Of a stretch of 64,000 bases of DNA, positions 59,253-64,000 are shown piece after piece. Each line of letters starts with the position of its first letter. The first letter of the stretch is position 1. Position numbers and translations under genes: made by a program. The stretch is from Candidatus Woesebacteria bacterium (lineage in GTDB: Bacteria > Patescibacteriota > Microgenomatia > UBA1400 > PJMF01). The notes beneath the pieces are model-generated. The model was not told where the DNA came from, ran no database searches, and saw only the letters and a list, made by a program, of their open reading frames with translations. Location: NCBI GenBank assembly GCA_017992725.1, contig JAGOOB010000001.1, positions 553-64,552 of the forward strand. Direction: 5' to 3'.

Positions 59253-59837
59253 TTAAATTAAAGACATTTGGGTGCCACTGGCTTTTTTGGCTACAAAAGT
59301 AAAATTGACTGGAGCTTTAATCAAACGATTCCATTTGTTGCGAAACAGTACTAAACCATTTTTTAAACCGTAATCATAAATATCTCTAGTAATTTTGACA
59401 TCTTCTAAACAATATTTTTTCAACGCCTCTAGATTGCCGTTATGATAATAACGGATCGCGTCCAAACCATCACCAATTTTACCCGATCCAAGGGTTTCCT
59501 GAGCTACTGCATCTAAACTAATCCGATGGCCAACGCTATCTTTAATCCGAGCCATCAAATCCAGGGTGGGAATTTTTCTAATATCTGCTGGATAGTAGGC
59601 GCTCAATGATGGCATGTCAAAACCATCAATATTAAACCCAATCACCACATCAGCTCTTTCAATGAGGGGAAATAGTTGAGGTAAATCGTCTTCAAAAAAA
59701 GACAATAACTCGCCCTGCTTATTGCCAGTTTGTCTTAAACAAGCTCCAACAAAGGAAACCCCTAATTTTTCTGGGAAATAACCGCCTACTTCCTCAAAAG
59801 TTTTTTTGGTTTCAACATCCAATATTAGCTCTAACAT
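59253..59837 (-). CDS. RNase H-like 3'-5' exonuclease (DEDDy-type, YprB/PolB-exo-like)
   Basis: Exo I (LILDVET), Exo II (GFNIDGFDMPSL) and Exo III (YCLEDV) motifs. The start was set to the ATG at 59837 (MLELILDVE). Confidence 0.6.
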   Translation of the reverse strand: MLELILDVETKKTFEEVGGYFPEKLGVSFVGACLRQTGNKQGELLSFFEDDLPQLFPLIERADVVIGFNIDGFDMPSLSAYYPADIRKIPTLDLMARIKDSVGHRISLDAVAQETLGSGKIGDGLDAIRYYHNGNLEALKKYCLEDVKITRDIYDYGLKNGLVLFRNKWNRLIKAPVNFTFVAKKASGTQMSLI

Positions 59838-59881
59838 AGAGCACCATCCTAAAATAACTTTCTGCAATCTGCAAGTTTAAA

Positions 59882-60511
59882 TTATTTTATTTTAGCTAAA
59901 GCAGCCTGATAGCGTTTTTCCACGGCGTTAAAGTCCACCACATTCCACCAAGCCGTTAAATAGTCTGCTCGACGATTTTGATATTTCAAATAATAGGCAT
60001 GTTCCCAAACATCTACACCCAAAAGAATGTGGTGTTTGAAACTTAATGGCGAATCTTGATTGGGTAAAGCATAAGTTCTTAACTGGCCTTGCCCATCTAA
60101 GACTAACCATGCCCAACCAGATCCAAACTGACCAAGCGCTAAATCAGTAAAATTTTGTTTGAATTCAGCAAAATTACCCAGATCTTTGATTTTTTCTTTG
60201 AGCTCGCCAACGGGTTCTCGAGGCCCATTAGGTGACATAATTTCCCAAAGAACATTGTGGTGAACAAAACCACCACCATGATTCTTCAAAGCCATCCAGG
60301 TCTTTTCGTCAACTTTTTCTTTAAGTTCTTCTAGTTGCCACAAAACCTGTTCAGCGCTTAATTTTTTCAAATCAGGTTGTTCTTGCCAAGCTAATTTGAA
60401 TTTATCCAAATAGGCTTGATGATGTTTATCATGATGAATTCTCATGGTTTCTTCATCAATATAGGGTTCAAGCGCATTATAAGCATAAGGAAGGGGTTGG
60501 AGTTCTAACAT
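59882..60511 (-). CDS. sodA: Superoxide dismutase (Fe/Mn family)
   Basis: LPYAYNALEPYIDEETMRIHHDKHHQAYL plus the C-terminal DVWEHAYYL metal-binding motif. Confidence 0.92.
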   Translation of the reverse strand: MLELQPLPYAYNALEPYIDEETMRIHHDKHHQAYLDKFKLAWQEQPDLKKLSAEQVLWQLEELKEKVDEKTWMALKNHGGGFVHHNVLWEIMSPNGPREPVGELKEKIKDLGNFAEFKQNFTDLALGQFGSGWAWLVLDGQGQLRTYALPNQDSPLSFKHHILLGVDVWEHAYYLKYQNRRADYLTAWWNVVDFNAVEKRYQAALAKIK

Positions 60512-60585
60512 CTTGTCCTTTTTTTTGATTAATAATTACATAAAGATCATAGCAAAAATAATGCCTAAAATCAATAATTAAAAAG

Positions 60586-60599
60586 ATTGATTAATCAAT
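60586..60599. promoter_or_regulatory. Perfect 14-bp palindrome ATTGATTAATCAAT upstream of sodA. A second TTGATTAAT half-site lies at 60526-60534 in the 5' UTR.
   Basis: Read directly. The AT-rich palindrome resembles Fur/PerR-type operators in style; no exact consensus match is claimed. Confidence 0.3.
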
Positions 60600-60682
60600 G
60601 ATAAATAAATATACAGACAACAATTTTACCCAAAATTATTTATGGTCAACTTTGCAATTCTACATGGCTGACTCTGCCAATT

Positions 60683-61507
60683 TTATCTAGTCAACTCTTC
60701 GGTAATCCGATTCAATTCAATAATCTGATCACGAAGATTGGTCCGAACGTGATTCTCCAATGCCGGCCAATCAAACTCTTGATTCTCTTGTCTAAATTGA
60801 GCCAAACTTTGCCATAAAAAATTTCCTAAATAAAAACCTTTGGCTCCATTTTCCACTGCCACGCGGTAATGACTCTTAAATTGATCATAGGTTGTGGTTG
60901 ATGGATCAGCAGACAACAACCATGGTATATCTAGTTCACTACTAATGGTCGCTGCCAATAATGGCTCATTAATATCTTTTAGAACTAAAATATCCACAAA
61001 AGATTGAATTTCTTGAACAGTGCTTAACAAAATATCCTGATTATCAAAATTAGCATCTAATTTGAGCAAAAAATCGATTTTCAAGCTTTGACTATAATCC
61101 CTAATTTCAGCTAATAATTGCTTCTTAGTCAGAGCCTGTTCTTCGTGAGCCTGATAGTCAATGGCAAGTTTAGCTAAAGCGTAATTATTTTTCACTTCTA
61201 GTAAAGAAAAATGAGGAAAAAGCTGAGGTACAGCGTGAGGAGCTGGGTACTGATGTTGCTCTAAACGAAGCAAAATACCAGTATTTTTTGCTTTATGGTT
61301 GATCAAAGGCAAACTATAAATTGGATCAACTACCAAACCACTCGCTTCTTGAGATAATTCCACTAATAGATACAACAACTTGCTTAAAAAAAGGACATTA
61401 TCCTGTAAACTCAAATCTAATGAAAGAAGCTGGCTCAATTCAGCAATATCATCTAAAGCCAAAATACTAAACAGTTGACGTTGACGACTAATTGCGGGCA
61501 GTTGCAT
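60683..61507 (-). CDS. Class I aldolase, tagatose-1,6-bisphosphate aldolase (LacD)/DUF2090-like
   Basis: QLFSILALDD...LVVDPIYSL...NTGILLRLEQ...LKIDFLLKLD aligns by eye with the LacD blocks GIISALAFDQ...ILLDPEYGL...TGLLLAYEK...AIKFLLYYD, including the Schiff-base lysine. Confidence 0.5.
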   Translation of the reverse strand: MQLPAISRQRQLFSILALDDIAELSQLLSLDLSLQDNVLFLSKLLYLLVELSQEASGLVVDPIYSLPLINHKAKNTGILLRLEQHQYPAPHAVPQLFPHFSLLEVKNNYALAKLAIDYQAHEEQALTKKQLLAEIRDYSQSLKIDFLLKLDANFDNQDILLSTVQEIQSFVDILVLKDINEPLLAATISSELDIPWLLSADPSTTTYDQFKSHYRVAVENGAKGFYLGNFLWQSLAQFRQENQEFDWPALENHVRTNLRDQIIELNRITEELTR

Positions 61508-61553
61508 CTCCTTAGTATAACAAAAAATAGCTGGCTAAGTGAGCAGTTCTTGA

Positions 61554-63824
61554 CTAGCGACTTCTGTTACCTGGACGGTTTGAGTGAAAATTAGATCGGT
61601 TATTGTTGTGATCAAAACGTCGATTGCTGCTACCAGTTCGGGAACTACCTCGACTTTCTTGTTGCTGAGCTTCCTCTTCAGGAGTTAGAGCCGTGAGAGC
61701 AACCTTACCATCAAGACCAATTTCTTTGATTCTCACTTTCAGCTGATCACCTAGTTTTACTTTTTCATGAGCATCTCTAACGTAATCAGTTGACATATTA
61801 GAAACATGCAATAAGCCTTCTCGGCCAGCCAAATATTCAACAAAGGCACCATAATTTTCTACTCTCGTCACCTCTCCTTGAAACTCGTCACCGACTTCGA
61901 CTTCTCTAACTAAAGCATCGATCATACTCAAAGCTTGATCAATCGCCTGTTGGTCTGGAGAAGAAACATTGATCACTCCCTGCTTTTTCTCCTTATCTTC
62001 AACCACATTAACTTCAGCTCCAGTTTTTTCGATGATATCTTTGATAACACTGCCACCTGAGCCAATAACGGTACCAATTTTGTCAGCTGGAATCACTAAT
62101 TGAGCTACTTTTGGAGCAAATCGACTAATTGTTTGGCGTGGGCTGGCAATCGTCTTGAGCATTTCTTGCATAATATGCATCCGACCTACTTTAGCCTGAG
62201 AAAGAGCCTTAACCAAAATTTCTTTATCAATCCCTTTTAATTTAATATCCATTTGTATAGCAGTGATCCCTTTTTCACTACCTGCCACTTTGAAGTCCAT
62301 ATCACCAACGTGATCCTCTAGACCCTGAATGTCAGACAAAATCACATTCTTTCCCTTACCATCAGATATTAAACCCATCGCAATCCCAGAAACTGGTCGA
62401 GCAATAGGCACCCCAGCCGCCATCAAAGATAAGGTAGACCCACAGACCGAAGCCTGTGAAGTTGAACCATTGGAACTCATAATTTCACTAACTACCCGAA
62501 TAGCGTAAGGAAAATCTTCTTGAGAAGGAATCATAGGCAGTAGCGCTCGTTCTGCCAAAGCGCCATGACCAATTTCTCGTCTCTTTGGATAACCAATTCG
62601 ACCTGCTTCTCCAGAAGCATAAGGAGGCATATTATAGTGGTGCATATAATGGCGCACTCTTTCACCAGTAATATCCTCAACAGTTTGACCTAGCGAAGGA
62701 TCAGCTAAAGTTACTACAGTCAAAGCTTGAGTAGCGCCGCGCTTAAACATAGCACTCCCATGAGCTCTGGGTAAAACATCAATTTCAGTCCAAATCTGTC
62801 TAATCTCATCAGCTTTTCGGCCATCTGGACGTTCTCCATCTTCAAGGATCATTCTTCTTGCTTCATCTTTTTCTAATTGAAAAATAATGTCGGCTACCAG
62901 GCTAGTGGTAATTTCCTGATCGTCATCTGTGGCTTGCTCTGCTTTTTCGGCCACAATTTGATCAATCAACTCAGTTAAACCAGGATCTTCTAAATGAGCT
63001 CTTTTAATAACCGCCTGGTGAATTTCTGCACTGTATTTTTCCTTAATTTCAGCTTGAAGTTTTTCCGTCAAAACTACTAACTTTTGATCTGGCTCTGCAA
63101 CTAAATTGACTTTTTCTTTGCCAATTTCTTGAGCAATTTTTTCAATTTCCACACAAACTTTTGATAAAACTTGTTGGGCTTCAATTAATGCATCAACTAT
63201 GATTGATTCATCAACCTCTTTTGCTCCTGCTTCCACCATAACAATGGAAGATTTGGAAGCGGAAACAATTAAATCTAAATTACTTTCTTCTAATTCACTA
63301 TTTAATGGATTAAAAATGAATTGTTCTTTGGCACCATTTTTAGCCAAAGCAAGCCTGGCCCCAGCTACTGGCCCATCAAAAGGAATTTCGCTGATTTGCA
63401 GGGCTAAACCGGCTGCCAGCAGGGCAATCATGTCTGGTTCATTTTCACCATCATATGACAACACCGTATTGATAATTTGTACTTCATGTTTAATACCTTC
63501 GGGAAATAGAGGACGCATAGTCCGATCAATAACTCTCGCTCTGAGAATCGCATCATCGGTCGGTCGACCTTCTCTTTTTACCCAACGCGAACCCTTAATA
63601 ATGCCACTAGAATAAAGTTTTTCTTCAAATTCTACTGACAAAGGAAAGTAACCAAGATTCACTTGGTGACCGAGGGCAACAGTAGTGTGCACTACTGTTT
63701 CTCCACATTGAGCAAGTACCGCAGCACTTACTTGTTCACTAAATTTACCAACGGTAAATTTAATAGTTTTATCACCGACTTGCACATCACGATGATATTG
63801 GTTTTCATAACTTGGATAAGACAT
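61554..63824 (-). CDS. pnp: Polyribonucleotide nucleotidyltransferase (PNPase) with a G/R/N-rich C-terminal tail
   Basis: Two RNase PH domains followed by KH and S1 domains. The start was set to the ATG at 63824 (MSYPSYENQY), which has an AGAAGGA RBS; the track's upstream extension was rejected. Confidence 0.93.
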   Translation of the reverse strand: MSYPSYENQYHRDVQVGDKTIKFTVGKFSEQVSAAVLAQCGETVVHTTVALGHQVNLGYFPLSVEFEEKLYSSGIIKGSRWVKREGRPTDDAILRARVIDRTMRPLFPEGIKHEVQIINTVLSYDGENEPDMIALLAAGLALQISEIPFDGPVAGARLALAKNGAKEQFIFNPLNSELEESNLDLIVSASKSSIVMVEAGAKEVDESIIVDALIEAQQVLSKVCVEIEKIAQEIGKEKVNLVAEPDQKLVVLTEKLQAEIKEKYSAEIHQAVIKRAHLEDPGLTELIDQIVAEKAEQATDDDQEITTSLVADIIFQLEKDEARRMILEDGERPDGRKADEIRQIWTEIDVLPRAHGSAMFKRGATQALTVVTLADPSLGQTVEDITGERVRHYMHHYNMPPYASGEAGRIGYPKRREIGHGALAERALLPMIPSQEDFPYAIRVVSEIMSSNGSTSQASVCGSTLSLMAAGVPIARPVSGIAMGLISDGKGKNVILSDIQGLEDHVGDMDFKVAGSEKGITAIQMDIKLKGIDKEILVKALSQAKVGRMHIMQEMLKTIASPRQTISRFAPKVAQLVIPADKIGTVIGSGGSVIKDIIEKTGAEVNVVEDKEKKQGVINVSSPDQQAIDQALSMIDALVREVEVGDEFQGEVTRVENYGAFVEYLAGREGLLHVSNMSTDYVRDAHEKVKLGDQLKVRIKEIGLDGKVALTALTPEEEAQQQESRGSSRTGSSNRRFDHNNNRSNFHSNRPGNRSR

Positions 63825-64000
63825 ATCCTTCTTTCTTCTTTGCTCTATAAGAGCTACAAACAAAACTGGGGAAATATGAGTATTCTGAAAAATTGATAAA
63901 ACTTATCAACTTTTTTGAATCCTCACCTAACACCCCAAATTTTGCTTTCTTAATTATTAACAGAGAACATTATAGCAAACTTTAGCAAATATCTCGCTGG

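Noticed and set aside
63199-63615. 138-aa plus-strand ORF inside pnp
   Set aside because: It is antisense to a strongly supported PNPase coding region.
1-64000. Alternative genetic code (UGA recoding), CRISPR arrays, IS elements, prophage
   Set aside because: All long ORFs terminate at expected positions with standard stops. No repeat-spacer arrays, transposase or integrase-like ORFs were seen.

Overview
This is a low-GC bacterial chromosomal window that is almost fully coding. It has Gram-positive-type surface biology (a sortase and an LPNAG-type sorted protein). It also has ribosomal features typical of CPR/Patescibacteria-like lineages: no L30 gene between rpsE and rplO, no map between adk and infA, and lysine-rich extensions on many ribosomal proteins. 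That lineage assignment is inference only. Standard genetic code; ORFs terminate normally and there is no evidence of UGA recoding.

Layout:
- 1-3561 (+): one-carbon cluster glyA(partial)-fhs-folD, with a convergent FMN reductase on the minus strand.
- 4273-6601: tRNA-Arg(CCG), an RRM RNA-binding protein, a lamin-tail-domain protein, a VanZ-like protein and HU.
- 6684-34575 (-): one uninterrupted 28-kb transcription/translation supercluster, rpoB-rpoC-rpsL-rpsG-fusA-tuf-rpsJ ... rplQ-rplM-rpsI. It includes an rpmJ gene that the ORF track missed.
- 34848-43490 (-): mltG, ruvX, a sortase, a large unknown membrane protein, alaS (short form), two small membrane proteins, a RodZ-like protein, yqeY and tRNA-Val(CAC).
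- 43581-46133: comFC, a tmRNA (ssrA) with an unusual T-loop and a near-consensus promoter, then a markedly AT-rich GT-C glycosyltransferase gene directly downstream.
- 46214-63824 (-): ftsK, RNase J, a family-4 UDG, a Lon-derived AAA+ ATPase lacking the protease domain, an LPNAG cell-wall-sorted protein, a pfkB-LOG-rpe-rpiB pentose/nucleotide salvage cluster, small hypotheticals, yjjX, sufC/sufD, a Nudix-like protein, a DEDDy exonuclease, sodA, a LacD-like aldolase and pnp.

No rRNA genes, CRISPR arrays, transposases or integrases were seen. All calls rest on reading the supplied translations and the sequence by eye; no searches were run.
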